Under the pieces are notes generated by a model. The model saw only the letters and a list, made by a program, of their open reading frames with translations, was not told the DNA's origin and searched no databases. From positions 32,001-96,000 of the IMG/VR virus record IMGVR_UViG_3300020478_000003: a stretch of DNA of 64,000 nt. One strand, written 5' to 3'. Shown piece after piece: positions 38,147 through 47,796 of the stretch. Positions within the stretch are counted from its first letter, which is position 1. Each line of letters opens with the position of its first letter. Both the position numbers and the translations under genes were made by a program. This stretch comes from a virus.

Positions 38147-39808
38147 ATGATAAAATTTAAAACTGTTCGTTATAAGAACTTTCTGTCCACTGGTAATAAA
38201 GTGTCGGAAGTTCGTATAGATGACACACGTACATCTTTAATTATTGGTCAAAATGGTGCTGGTAAATCTACATTTATGGATGCCATATCCTTTGGGCTGT
38301 TCGGTAAACCTTTCCGCAAAGTCAAACTAGACCAACTAGTCAATTCTATCAATAAGAAGAATTGTATGGTTGAACTAGAATTTGAGAATGGCGGAAAGGA
38401 ATATCTGATTAAACGTGGTCTTCGCCCAGCAAAATTTGAAATATATGTTGATGGAGAAATGAATGACCAAATGGCTTCTGCACGAGACAGTCAGGATTTC
38501 TTGGAACGATATGTTCTGCGAATGAATGAAAAAGCATTTCGACAGATAGTTGTTTTGGGATCAGGATCGTTTATTCCATTTATGAGACTTGGAGCAGGAG
38601 ATCGGAGGGCTATTATTGAGGATCTTCTTGATATCCAAATTTTCTCTCTTATGAATGATATTGTTAAGCAACGAATATCGGATAATAGTACCAGATTAAC
38701 TGGAGTAGAACATCAAATAGAACTATTGGATCAGAGTATCAGACTCCAAGAGGAACATCTTAAAGAGATTCAAGATAATAATGCAGAAGCCGTAAAAGAG
38801 AAGAAAGCGGAGCTGAAAAAAGCTAAGAAACAAATCGAAGGAATTAAAAACGAAATTGAGGAACTTCAAGATCAGGTACAAGATTATACTCCTCATAAGA
38901 AAAAGCACCGAAAACTTGAAGAATATAAAGCTAAAATTACATCAAAGCAAACTCATATAGTGGGTCAGATACAACTGGTCAATGAAAATTCTGAATGTCC
39001 TGAATGTACACAGGAAATAACGGAAGAACATAAGACCAAGGTGACCGAAAAGTTAGGAGGAAAAGCAGATGAATTGAAAGTGGCTATTTCCGATATTGAT
39101 ACAGAGATAACAGACCTTGCGGACCGAATAGATAAGATAGAGGATATCTTGACCAGAATATCGGAAAAGAATAACTCTATAATGGGTATTAATGAATACA
39201 TAACACAAATAGAAACCGGTCTTGTTGAATCAGCTAAAAAGCCCAAAAATGATCAAGCAGAACTAACAAAAAGTAAAGAGGATTTGGATAAAGCCAGATC
39301 CAATAAATATGACATACAGGATCAAAAACATCATTTGAATACGGTGCAAGAACTCCTAAAGGATAGTGGAATAAAAACGCTTATTATAAGAAATTATCTT
39401 CCACTTATCAATCAGCTAATCAACAAGTATCTTTCGGCATTAAATTTTTACATCAATTTTCAGCTAGATGAGGCGTTCATTGAAACGATTAAGAGCCGAG
39501 GTCGAGATGCTTTTCAATACGGATCATTTTCAGAAGGAGAGAAACTCCGAATTGATTTAGCCCTATTATTTACGTGGAGAGAAGTGGCGAAATTGAAATC
39601 TTCAGTAGCTACAAATCTTTTAGTCCTGGACGAAATATTTGACAGTAGTTTAGATTCCACTGGTGTTGAGGATTTCTTGGGAATTCTGAATTCTCTTGGA
39701 GATGATACTCACGCTTTTGTGATATCCCACAAAGGAGATCAGATATTAGACAAATTCGGTAGAGTAATTTCGATTGAAAAAGAAGGAAATTTTTCTAGGA
39801 TCAGTTGA
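38147..39808 (+). CDS. gp46: Recombination ATPase gp46 (Rad50/SbcC-like)
   Basis: GQNGAGKST, CPEC zinc hook, FSEGEK signature, LDEIFD, ISH. Confidence 0.96.
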   Translation: MIKFKTVRYKNFLSTGNKVSEVRIDDTRTSLIIGQNGAGKSTFMDAISFGLFGKPFRKVKLDQLVNSINKKNCMVELEFENGGKEYLIKRGLRPAKFEIYVDGEMNDQMASARDSQDFLERYVLRMNEKAFRQIVVLGSGSFIPFMRLGAGDRRAIIEDLLDIQIFSLMNDIVKQRISDNSTRLTGVEHQIELLDQSIRLQEEHLKEIQDNNAEAVKEKKAELKKAKKQIEGIKNEIEELQDQVQDYTPHKKKHRKLEEYKAKITSKQTHIVGQIQLVNENSECPECTQEITEEHKTKVTEKLGGKADELKVAISDIDTEITDLADRIDKIEDILTRISEKNNSIMGINEYITQIETGLVESAKKPKNDQAELTKSKEDLDKARSNKYDIQDQKHHLNTVQELLKDSGIKTLIIRNYLPLINQLINKYLSALNFYINFQLDEAFIETIKSRGRDAFQYGSFSEGEKLRIDLALLFTWREVAKLKSSVATNLLVLDEIFDSSLDSTGVEDFLGILNSLGDDTHAFVISHKGDQILDKFGRVISIEKEGNFSRIS

Positions 39809-39936
39809 TGAAAAATTGGTTCGAGGAGATAATCATATTTTGTTTCACTTACGGATGGTTTTTCGGTTTAATCCCCATTATTTTAGGAATAATCGGAGCA
39901 ATATTTTATAGTTATAACCCAAACACAGGATATTGA
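39808..39936 (+). CDS. Small membrane peptide (not in the ORF track)
   Basis: 42 aa MKNWFEEIIIFCFTYGWFFGLIPIILGIIGAIFYSYNPNTGY; TGATG coupling to the gp46 stop. Confidence 0.5.
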   Translation: MKNWFEEIIIFCFTYGWFFGLIPIILGIIGAIFYSYNPNTGY

Positions 39937-40003
39937 TTATGGGGGCCCGGTGTGTCGTACCGGCGGCACGCCCTCATAAAAATGAAAAAAGATCAAAAAA
40001 GAC

Positions 40004-40032
40004 TTGACAATTTGTTCCCACCTCTGTAAAAT
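40004..40032 (+). promoter_or_regulatory. Sigma70-type (early-like) promoter
   Basis: A-rich UP tract + GAC-TTGACA-N17-TAAAAT. Confidence 0.8.
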
Positions 40033-40068
40033 GGTATATGAAAATGAGAGATTAACAGAAAGGGGAAA

Positions 40069-42405
40069 ATGGGAAAACATAATCGAGTCGTTAATATCGA
40101 ATCCAAGAATGTCTTAGCCAAGCTGATGGCTACCGAGAACATTCACGTAGAACACAAAAAAGTCTCAACCGCATCTTTTGATGTCAAGAATCGTAGACTT
40201 ATTCTACCCATCTGGAAAGATATGGACCACACGATGTATGAGGGTCTGATTGGTCACGAAGTTGGTCACGCCTTATACACCCCTTACGAAGAATGGGCAG
40301 AATTCGCAAAGAAAAATTCCCATCTCAAAGCCTACGCTAATATCCTCGAAGATGCTCGTATCGAGCGTAAAATGAAAATCAAATATCCAGGGATGAAAAA
40401 GACATTTTTTGAAATGTATGATGCCCTTGCAAGACAAGATTTTTTCGGTACCCACGGTCGTGATCTTGGAGAATACGGATTTGCTGACCGACTTAATTTG
40501 AGTTTTAAAATCGGTGCTTTAGCGGAAGTTCCTTTCTCGGAAGAAGAGGAGGAGTTCCGTGGTCGTGTATTGAAAGCCGAGACATTTGAAGATATCCTTG
40601 AATTATCAAGAGAACTCGGAAAGATGGCGAAAGAAGAAGCCGAAACAAATATGGAAGATATGGAGATGAGTGATTCCGGCGATGAAACCGAGTCTAATGA
40701 AGATGAAGACGTGGAGCCAAGTGGCTCAGCTCCATTCCCTATGCCTACCCCTCCTGAATCAGAAGAAAACGAAGAAGAGGAAGATTCTGGTGCAAGAGCC
40801 GATTCTGATGAAGAAAAAGAAGAGGGAAATAATGAAGGAAATTGCAAAAGTGATGAATCGGACGGAGAAGGGGAAAAGAAAGAAAGTGAAACCGGAGACG
40901 AAGGGGATGAAAAGTCTGATGAACCTAATCACTCGGCAAGTGGAAATTGTGATGCTGAAATGACGGATCCTGAAGAAAATGATGATCTCCCAGAAGCAGA
41001 AACACAAAAAGCCTGGGAAGAGGCGATGGAAGAAATGAATGATGCGGAAGCAAAAGAGCCAATCTACTTGGATCTCCCAAAAATTAATCCTTACAAATCA
41101 GTTGTTCCTTGGAAAGATATTTTTGAACAGTTAAACGAACATTGGAGCAAAAATGAAAATTTCTCCACATATCGATTCCATTGGGAAGAAGCTGGTGCAG
41201 ATAAGTGGAAAAAGGAAGAGGAAAATGCTTTCAGAACTTGGAAAAAGGACACCACTCAAATTGTCAACTATATGGTCAAAGAATTTGAAATGAAGCAAGC
41301 GGCTACTGAATATCGCCGAACTTCAATTAGCAAAACCGGTGTTCTGGATATGAATAAACTGCATAAATACAGAACAGATGAAGATATTTTCAGGCGTGTT
41401 GCTTCGGTCAAAGATGGACGAAATCACGCTTTATTGATGTTTATTGATTGGTCAGGGTCGATGCACGGCAAGATGGAAGCCACAGTAAAGCAGACCCTAA
41501 CACTTGTTATGTTTGCTAGAAAAGTTGGAATTCCTTTCAGAGTTTATTCTTTCAGTAACTCCGGTGGAATTCTTGATAAAATCGGAAAGGACACTTACTA
41601 CAGCCGAGCGGAAAACTCCGCTGTAGATCATTTAGTTCCTGGAAAACTTGGAATGCACGAATATTTTAGTGAGAAAATGTCCTCTAGGGAATTCAATATT
41701 CAACTTAAAAATATGGCGTTTCTTGGAAAATCAGTAGATTACTCTGGATTATCTCATCCTGCAGGACACGGAACTTGTTCGACTCCTTTAAATGAGTCAA
41801 TTTTAGCCGCCACAGAAATGGTGGGAGACTTCAAAAAAGAGACCGGAGCCGAAAAAGTTAATGCGATTTTTCTGACTGATGGCGGAGCCGATTACTGCTC
41901 TGACTATTGGGATTCTGAGAAACAGGAGAAAAAAGATGTTTACAGTTACCGTCAGTACGGTTCAGACCACAGAAAGTACCTGGTAATCCGTGATAATGTT
42001 ACCAAAAGACTTGTTCATACTGACGGAACCCGTGCAAAATTGACTGGAAGTCTCCTGAGAAATCTTGCGAACCGACATAACATTAATGTGATTGGATTTC
42101 ATATCACCGATAGTTCAAAGATTAATCGCCAGATTCAATATGAAGCAAGTTATTCAGAACACGCCGAACTCCGATCTTTTGCGAAAAAGCACGGATATGT
42201 CCCAATGAAAGAAAGTGGATATGCTACATATTTTCTCGTAAATGACAAGCAATTAGATAAAGAAGCAAATTTCAATACAGACGGAGTTTCTAATGATGCG
42301 GGAGTTGTAGCAAAAGGAAAACTACGTACCCAGTTTCGCAAATTTACTTCAGCCCGTAAAGTTAACAAAATGATGCTGAACGAATTTGTTGCCCTGGTAG
42401 CTTAA
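40069..42405 (+). CDS. Metallopeptidase-like (HExxH) plus vWA domain protein (CobT-like partner of the MoxR AAA)
   Basis: HEVGH, 'NILEDARIE', long acidic linker, MIDAS motif DWSGS, TPL, FLTDG. Confidence 0.8.
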   Translation: MGKHNRVVNIESKNVLAKLMATENIHVEHKKVSTASFDVKNRRLILPIWKDMDHTMYEGLIGHEVGHALYTPYEEWAEFAKKNSHLKAYANILEDARIERKMKIKYPGMKKTFFEMYDALARQDFFGTHGRDLGEYGFADRLNLSFKIGALAEVPFSEEEEEFRGRVLKAETFEDILELSRELGKMAKEEAETNMEDMEMSDSGDETESNEDEDVEPSGSAPFPMPTPPESEENEEEEDSGARADSDEEKEEGNNEGNCKSDESDGEGEKKESETGDEGDEKSDEPNHSASGNCDAEMTDPEENDDLPEAETQKAWEEAMEEMNDAEAKEPIYLDLPKINPYKSVVPWKDIFEQLNEHWSKNENFSTYRFHWEEAGADKWKKEEENAFRTWKKDTTQIVNYMVKEFEMKQAATEYRRTSISKTGVLDMNKLHKYRTDEDIFRRVASVKDGRNHALLMFIDWSGSMHGKMEATVKQTLTLVMFARKVGIPFRVYSFSNSGGILDKIGKDTYYSRAENSAVDHLVPGKLGMHEYFSEKMSSREFNIQLKNMAFLGKSVDYSGLSHPAGHGTCSTPLNESILAATEMVGDFKKETGAEKVNAIFLTDGGADYCSDYWDSEKQEKKDVYSYRQYGSDHRKYLVIRDNVTKRLVHTDGTRAKLTGSLLRNLANRHNINVIGFHITDSSKINRQIQYEASYSEHAELRSFAKKHGYVPMKESGYATYFLVNDKQLDKEANFNTDGVSNDAGVVAKGKLRTQFRKFTSARKVNKMMLNEFVALVA

Positions 42406-42414
42406 AGGAGAAAA

Positions 42415-42696
42415 ATGATACCCAACACAAAATTTATCAAAAACGAACCCGTTCGTACATTGGATGATGATGAGGGAGTCGTTAGTGAAGTTTTTATATC
42501 ATATCCTACTATATCCGGATTAGCAGATTGGACCGCTCCTCAAGTCCACTATTTAGTTACCGTGGATAGAAATCGGGCCGATCTGTATATGGAAGGTGAA
42601 TTGTCAGATATTCGCCAGCAAATGCTTGATCTGGATTTGGATCCAATTGATGATAATGATGCCGATTATTGGTACTCTGAAGTTTATGAAAAATAA
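42415..42696 (+). CDS. Hypothetical protein
   Basis: 93 aa; AAGGAG RBS. Confidence 0.65.
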   Translation: MIPNTKFIKNEPVRTLDDDEGVVSEVFISYPTISGLADWTAPQVHYLVTVDRNRADLYMEGELSDIRQQMLDLDLDPIDDNDADYWYSEVYEK

Positions 42697-42709
42697 TGTA
42701 AAAAAAGAC

Positions 42710-42738
42710 TTGACATATACCATTGGATTCTGTATAAT
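42710..42738 (+). promoter_or_regulatory. Sigma70-type (early-like) promoter
   Basis: AAAAAAGAC-TTGACA-N17-TATAAT; downstream sequence nearly identical to that of the 40004 promoter. Confidence 0.85.
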
Positions 42739-42804
42739 GGTTTATGAAAGATGAGAGATTGAAGGAATCTCTTTGCTGAATGTCACCTATATGATGGAGT
42801 TGAT

Positions 42805-44046
42805 ATGACAAATAAACGAGTTGATGTGAATGAGTTTGGTGCTTGTGCTAAAAAAATGTTTGGCACTCTTGATGTCACCAAAGCAAATATGGAAGCGATT
42901 TCCGCTACTTACAATATTTGCATCCCATCCAAAGTTAAATACGCCGAAGTCGTGTCGAGTGACCCGATTGTTCGCCGTATCCCAGTTACCGAAGAAGTTG
43001 AAGCACCGGAAAGGATTTCAGCTACTACAGCCATTGAGCCGTTGACTGATACCGAACTTGCTGAACACCAAAAAGCAGTATCGGTTACTTCAATTGTTGC
43101 TGAAGCCGAAAGAACTTCAGCCGCTTCACTTGATACTTCCATTTCATTTATTCCTAGAGTAGACAAATCTTTTGTTGCCTGGGGAAACTGTGGAGATATT
43201 AAACGTATTTTAAAAAGCCGACTTTTCTTCCCAGTCTATTTGACCGGGATGTCCGGAAACGGAAAAACTTTTGGGATTGAGCAGACTTGTGCCAGTCTTA
43301 GTCGGGAAATGATCCGAGTTAACTTTACCGCCGAAACGGATGAAGATGATCTGTTCGGTGGTTTTCGTCTTGTAAATGGCGAAACAGTTTTTCAATACGG
43401 GCCGGTTGTCGAAGCGATGAAACGCGGAGCAGTTTTGCTTTTAGACGAAATCGACCTTGGATCTCACAAAATTATGGCGCTTCAGTCTGTCCTTGAGGGA
43501 AAGGGATACTTCATTAAAAAGCGTGCCGAGTGGGTTGAGCCCGCTGACGGATTTACAATCATCGCAACCGCCAACACCAAGGGTAAGGGAAGTGATGACG
43601 GACGTTTTATCGGAACCAATGTTCTGAATGAAGCCTTCCTCGACCGATTCTCAATTACAATGTATCAGCCCTATCCTTCGGAAGCCGTAGAGAGAAAAAT
43701 TCTCTTCAAAGCCGCCGCTGGATTCGGAATTGAATCTGAAGCCGTTGAAAAATTTATTCCCAATCTTACAATGTGGGGAGACATTATCAGGAAAACTTTT
43801 GAAGAGGGCGGAGTGGACGAAATCGTTTCAACCCGTCGTCTTGTTGATATCCTGAAATCCTTTTCGATTTTCGGTGATCGCGGAAAATCAATCAGAATGG
43901 CGATTGAACGTTTCGATGATGAAACCCGAGAATCCTTTATGTCTCTTTATGAGAAAATTGATGCCGGTGTCGGACTCGAAAATGTTGAGGGAGGATCCGA
44001 AATCGGAACAGATGGCGGAACTGAAGATGACTCCGCAAACGAATAA
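42805..44046 (+). CDS. MoxR/CobS-like AAA+ ATPase
   Basis: GMSGNGKT, 'ETDEDDL.GGFRL', LLLDEID, 'ATANTKGKGSDDGRFIGTNVLNEAFLDRF', STRRL; the 'cobS'-like gene of marine T4-like phages. Confidence 0.9.
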   Translation: MTNKRVDVNEFGACAKKMFGTLDVTKANMEAISATYNICIPSKVKYAEVVSSDPIVRRIPVTEEVEAPERISATTAIEPLTDTELAEHQKAVSVTSIVAEAERTSAASLDTSISFIPRVDKSFVAWGNCGDIKRILKSRLFFPVYLTGMSGNGKTFGIEQTCASLSREMIRVNFTAETDEDDLFGGFRLVNGETVFQYGPVVEAMKRGAVLLLDEIDLGSHKIMALQSVLEGKGYFIKKRAEWVEPADGFTIIATANTKGKGSDDGRFIGTNVLNEAFLDRFSITMYQPYPSEAVERKILFKAAAGFGIESEAVEKFIPNLTMWGDIIRKTFEEGGVDEIVSTRRLVDILKSFSIFGDRGKSIRMAIERFDDETRESFMSLYEKIDAGVGLENVEGGSEIGTDGGTEDDSANE

Positions 44047-44146
44047 CTCCGTGGGGTAGTTTGAACCCCTCATTCAGCACCCCGGTCGTTTCCTTCCTCC
44101 TTTCGCGGCCGGGGATTCTACTTAACAGAAGGGAGACACTAGAAAA

Positions 44147-44299
44147 ATGGAATACATTATAGAAATGATGGATGAAGACGGAGAATCAGAAATGTACGGA
44201 TTTCCAGATACCGAAAATATGTACAAGTTTTTAGATATGCTCTCGGAAGACGGAATTTGTATTGAAGATGTTATAATACCACAGGAGGGATACGTATGA
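44147..44299 (+). CDS. Small acidic protein (not in the ORF track)
   Basis: 50 aa MEYIIEMMDEDGESEMYGFPDTENMYKFLDMLSEDGICIEDVIIPQEGYV; GGGAG RBS; ATGA overlap with the next gene. Confidence 0.6.
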   Translation: MEYIIEMMDEDGESEMYGFPDTENMYKFLDMLSEDGICIEDVIIPQEGYV

Positions 44300-44679
44300 T
44301 GGAAACTTATGCTGAACGACTTGAAAGAGAAAAACGACCTCGGCCTACTATCACGGCTAGCCCAGAGGACGTGGATGAACACCATCCAATAATGGAACCA
44401 CAAAAAACTCCCTGGCGTTATGGAGAGGGAGAAGTTTTAAAAGACCTGGAGAATCATATTAAGGCAACTTATACGAGCCATTATACCACGGCCGATTCTT
44501 CAAATGATTTACAGACAATAGATGTATTTGCATATAGAGGAACTCTTGGCTCCACCGCAATTGATAATGCAATCAAATACTTAATGCGATATGGAAAGAA
44601 AGAGGGAAAGAATGAACGGGATCTTATGAAAGCAATGCACTATTTAATTTTAGCAACCGCATATGAAAGGGGAAAATAA
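44296..44679 (+). CDS. DUF3310-like protein (putative nucleotide-kinase-like domain)
   Basis: 'TY.SHY......QTID.........NAIKYLMRYGKK.G....DLMKAMHY'. Confidence 0.7.
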   Translation: MMETYAERLEREKRPRPTITASPEDVDEHHPIMEPQKTPWRYGEGEVLKDLENHIKATYTSHYTTADSSNDLQTIDVFAYRGTLGSTAIDNAIKYLMRYGKKEGKNERDLMKAMHYLILATAYERGK

Positions 44680-45026
44680 TGGAAATAATCGGTGCAATAT
44701 TAGGACTGTTTTTTGTAGTAGTGACTCCTCCAGCCCAAGCTGAGAGTAGTCCTTACGTATATGTTAAAGAATATCGAACCTACCTGGAATGCAAAGCGGA
44801 GATGAATCCGATATCAGACATTTGTATTGCGGAACCAGAACGATATCTTGGAACCAGAAAATACACAAAAATAGGGATATCCCAAACCAGTGTGGAATAC
44901 ACCAATACTTGTACCCGTGTTGAGGGATGTGAAGTAGATACAAATGCAGATTCAATGGAAGATTATTGTCCTACTTGTGATTCTATTAAGTGGTACGAAA
45001 AACTTGACATTGACCCCAAGTCCTAG
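44679..45026 (+). CDS. Hypothetical exported/membrane-anchored Cys-containing protein
   Basis: Signal-peptide-like N-terminus (...PPAQA|ES); six Cys. Confidence 0.55.
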   Translation: MEIIGAILGLFFVVVTPPAQAESSPYVYVKEYRTYLECKAEMNPISDICIAEPERYLGTRKYTKIGISQTSVEYTNTCTRVEGCEVDTNADSMEDYCPTCDSIKWYEKLDIDPKS

Positions 45027-45032
45027 TATAAT
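45004..45032 (+). promoter_or_regulatory. Sigma70-type promoter for the gp45 operon
   Basis: TTGACA-TTGACCCCAAGTCCTAG-TATAAT. Confidence 0.85.
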
Positions 45033-45062
45033 AGGCGTAATTAAATAAAAAAGGAGTATATT

Positions 45063-45749
45063 ATGAAATTGAGTGAGAACACCCTGGAGGTCTTGAAAAA
45101 TTTTGCCTCCATTAATCAATCGATTCTCTTTACAGAGGGAAACAGTATAGATACTGTATCTGTACAGAAAAACGTACTGGGATCAGCAAAAGTTGCCGAG
45201 ACTTTCAAATCTTCCAACGGAGAAGATTTTGCAATTTATGATCTTAATGAATTCCTTTCCACAATATCATTATTCGATGATCCAGATGTGGAGTTTGGTG
45301 AGCAATATGCCACTATCCAAGATAAAAATTCAGTAACTCATTATTGGTATGCAGATAAAGAAATTATCGTATATCCAACTTCTAAAATTTCGATGCCGTC
45401 AAGTGAAGTTGAATTCAAATTGACAGCCGAAACTTATGATAAACTTCAACGTGCAACTGGTACATTAGCAGTTCCCGATTTGGTTATCCGAAGAGAAGAG
45501 GACAAAGTTGTTGCTGAAGTTCTTGACAAACGGAACGACACTTCAAATACATTCAGAGTGGAAGTGGGTTCTTATATCGGTGGAGAATCTAGTACCGACT
45601 TCAAATTCTATTTTTTGACTGAACGGTTGAAGATGCTACCGGGTGATTATGATGTTGAAATTTCATCCAAGAAGATTTCAAAGTTGACTTCTTCGGATGG
45701 TAAATTAACTTATTGGATAGCTTTAGAACAGGATTCGACTTATGAATAA
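45063..45749 (+). CDS. gp45: Sliding clamp gp45
   Basis: 'MKLS..TL.VLKNFASINQSI', 'FAIYDLNEFL', 'LKMLPGDY.V.IS', 'YWIALE'. Confidence 0.95.
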   Translation: MKLSENTLEVLKNFASINQSILFTEGNSIDTVSVQKNVLGSAKVAETFKSSNGEDFAIYDLNEFLSTISLFDDPDVEFGEQYATIQDKNSVTHYWYADKEIIVYPTSKISMPSSEVEFKLTAETYDKLQRATGTLAVPDLVIRREEDKVVAEVLDKRNDTSNTFRVEVGSYIGGESSTDFKFYFLTERLKMLPGDYDVEISSKKISKLTSSDGKLTYWIALEQDSTYE

Positions 45750-46692
45750 AGATTTTCTCTGGGTAGAAAAATATCGCCCTAAGAAAATTGACGAATGTAT
45801 CCTTCCAGATACTTTGAAAGATACATTTCAGGAGTTTGTGTCAAATGGCGATATGCCGAATCTATTGTTAAGTGGTTCTGCAGGAACTGGTAAGACTACT
45901 GTAGCAAAAGCCCTTTGTGAACAATTGGGTTATACCACTTTAGTAATCAATGGATCGCTTGATAGAAATATAGACACGTTACGGAACGATATAGCTACTT
46001 TTGCTTCTACTGTTTCCTTTGATGGTGGGAAGAAGTGTATCATCCTGGACGAAGCAGATTATTTAAACCCACAATCGTTCCAGCCTGCTCTTCGTGGATT
46101 CATAGAACACTTTTCCAAGAATGTACGATTCATTTTAACGTGTAATTTCAAAGATAAGATCATTGAACCGATTCATTCTCGGACTACATATATAGATTTT
46201 AGAATAGAAAAAAGAGACCTTCCATCCTTGATGGGAGAGTTTATGGATCGGACCATAAATATTCTTGAAACAGAAGATATTAAAATTGAAAGCAAGCCGG
46301 CTTTAGCTGAATTGATTAAACGGCACTTTCCAGATATGCGAAGAACCCTAAATGAACTCCAGCGATATTCAGCTGGTGGAGTCATCGATAAAGGCGTTCT
46401 AGCAAGGGTAGGTGAAGCTAATATCGGTAGTTTGATGTCGATGTTAAAGGACAAAAACTTTACTGGTATGCGACAATGGGTAGTCGACCACATAGATACA
46501 GATCCCATTGCTATTTATCGCCAGATTTACGACCAGATGCACCGGTTTTTACAACCGCAGAGCATCCCACAGGTAGTTCTTATGATTGCGGACTACCAAT
46601 ATAAACAGGCTTTCGTGCAGGATGCAGAAATTAACTTAGTCGCCTTTTTAACTGAGGTGATGGCAGAAGCGGAGTGGAAAAATGACGGATGA
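45742..46692 (+). CDS. gp44: Clamp loader large subunit gp44
   Basis: 'LWVEKYRP..I.ECILP', GSAGTGKT, DEAD, 'IIEPIHSR', 'FPDMRR.LNELQRY'. Confidence 0.96.
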   Translation: MNKDFLWVEKYRPKKIDECILPDTLKDTFQEFVSNGDMPNLLLSGSAGTGKTTVAKALCEQLGYTTLVINGSLDRNIDTLRNDIATFASTVSFDGGKKCIILDEADYLNPQSFQPALRGFIEHFSKNVRFILTCNFKDKIIEPIHSRTTYIDFRIEKRDLPSLMGEFMDRTINILETEDIKIESKPALAELIKRHFPDMRRTLNELQRYSAGGVIDKGVLARVGEANIGSLMSMLKDKNFTGMRQWVVDHIDTDPIAIYRQIYDQMHRFLQPQSIPQVVLMIADYQYKQAFVQDAEINLVAFLTEVMAEAEWKNDG

Positions 46693-47002
46693 TGTTTTTA
46701 ATAAAATAGTTTATGATCATAAAATTGATCAGTGGATGATTGATAGGGGAATTAGTGCTAATGGAACTGCAATGGGCCAGGCGATTAAAACTCTAGAAGA
46801 AACCACCGAACTTTTAGATGCAATAAATCATAATGATGAGAAACTAATAACCGATGCTATTGGAGATATATACGTTACTTTGCGAGGAGTATGTCAGGTT
46901 TTGGATATCAAATTTGATAAATGTGTAGAAGCCGCATATAACGAAATTAAGGATCGCAAAGGACATTTATCAGCCGGTGGCGTGTTTATAAAAGAGGAAT
47001 AA
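46682..47002 (+). CDS. MazG-like nucleotide pyrophosphohydrolase
   Basis: 'Q..KTLEE..EL.DAI........DAIGD..VTL', 'AYNEIKDRKG....GVF.KE'. Confidence 0.8.
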   Translation: MTDDVFNKIVYDHKIDQWMIDRGISANGTAMGQAIKTLEETTELLDAINHNDEKLITDAIGDIYVTLRGVCQVLDIKFDKCVEAAYNEIKDRKGHLSAGGVFIKEE

Positions 47003-47003
47003 T

Positions 47004-47384
47004 ATGGCAAATCATTTTCCGGTAGTAACCGAAAAGAAAGCAAGAAAAATCATTGATAAAGGTGGCAATGTTGTGTTTATACACACCAGAGATAAATGTC
47101 CTGTGTGCGATTCTTTCTTACCAAACGTATTGAAACCCGTCTTTGCTGAAGAAAGATTTAAGGATATTACAGTTTATGAAATTTCGGAAACTATGACATT
47201 TCCAGTAGGTCAACATCCTGTAACATATTTCTTTAAAGATGGTCGATGTATTCAGCATCCAGCTGGTCAGACCACCAGAGAAGTTGTGGAGAATTTATTG
47301 GATACGTTTTATCTTGGTAAACCACAAGCACCTCCACCAGTAACTACAGTTAACACTAATATCGAGCCCCCTAAACTTGGCTGA
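47004..47384 (+). CDS. Thioredoxin-fold protein
   Basis: CPVC motif and cis-Pro region 'HPVTYFFKDG'. Confidence 0.65.
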   Translation: MANHFPVVTEKKARKIIDKGGNVVFIHTRDKCPVCDSFLPNVLKPVFAEERFKDITVYEISETMTFPVGQHPVTYFFKDGRCIQHPAGQTTREVVENLLDTFYLGKPQAPPPVTTVNTNIEPPKLG

Positions 47385-47796
47385 TTTATTTAAAGAAATT
47401 TTACCAGATATCAACTACGGACATAAAAATTTGATCCGTACGGGAGATATGGATGAATCAGAGTATGGAAAGAACTGTTTCATCATTAACCGTGCTTTAA
47501 GTATGAATGTTGACACGGTTTTGTACGTAAATGAGATGAATGTAAGATACCAGCTAGACCCTGTACTTCAGTATGACTATTTTATAAATAGTTTACGACA
47601 AAAGAAAAGGTGGTCTAAATGGGCTAAAGCAACTGGTCCATCACCTGCTCTTGAACTTGTTAAAAGCTATTATAATTATAATGAACAAAGGGCTAGAGAA
47701 GTTTTAGACCTTCTCACCGAATCAGAAATTGAGGAAATACGCCTCAGATTATCGAAAGGCGGTGCTGATGACACAACCAAAAGGAAAACAGAATGA
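47377..47796 (+). CDS. gp62: Clamp loader small subunit gp62
   Basis: 'FIINRALS...DTVLYVNEMN', 'QYDYFINS.R.KKR.SKWAK', 'VK.YYNYN...A...L..L'; TTG start. Confidence 0.92.
   Translation: MADLFKEILPDINYGHKNLIRTGDMDESEYGKNCFIINRALSMNVDTVLYVNEMNVRYQLDPVLQYDYFINSLRQKKRWSKWAKATGPSPALELVKSYYNYNEQRAREVLDLLTESEIEEIRLRLSKGGADDTTKRKTE

Noticed and set aside
42805-44046. Cobalamin biosynthesis (cobS/cobT) as an auxiliary metabolic function
   Set aside because: No cobN or other cob genes; the pair is better explained as a generic MoxR AAA+/vWA system common in T4-like phages
47583-47590. TATAAATA inside gp62, and a TTGACT-N17-TATAAT at 60796-60824 inside the gene before gp41
   Set aside because: Plausible internal promoters for regA and gp41, but they lie in coding sequence of an AT-rich genome and cannot be told from chance here
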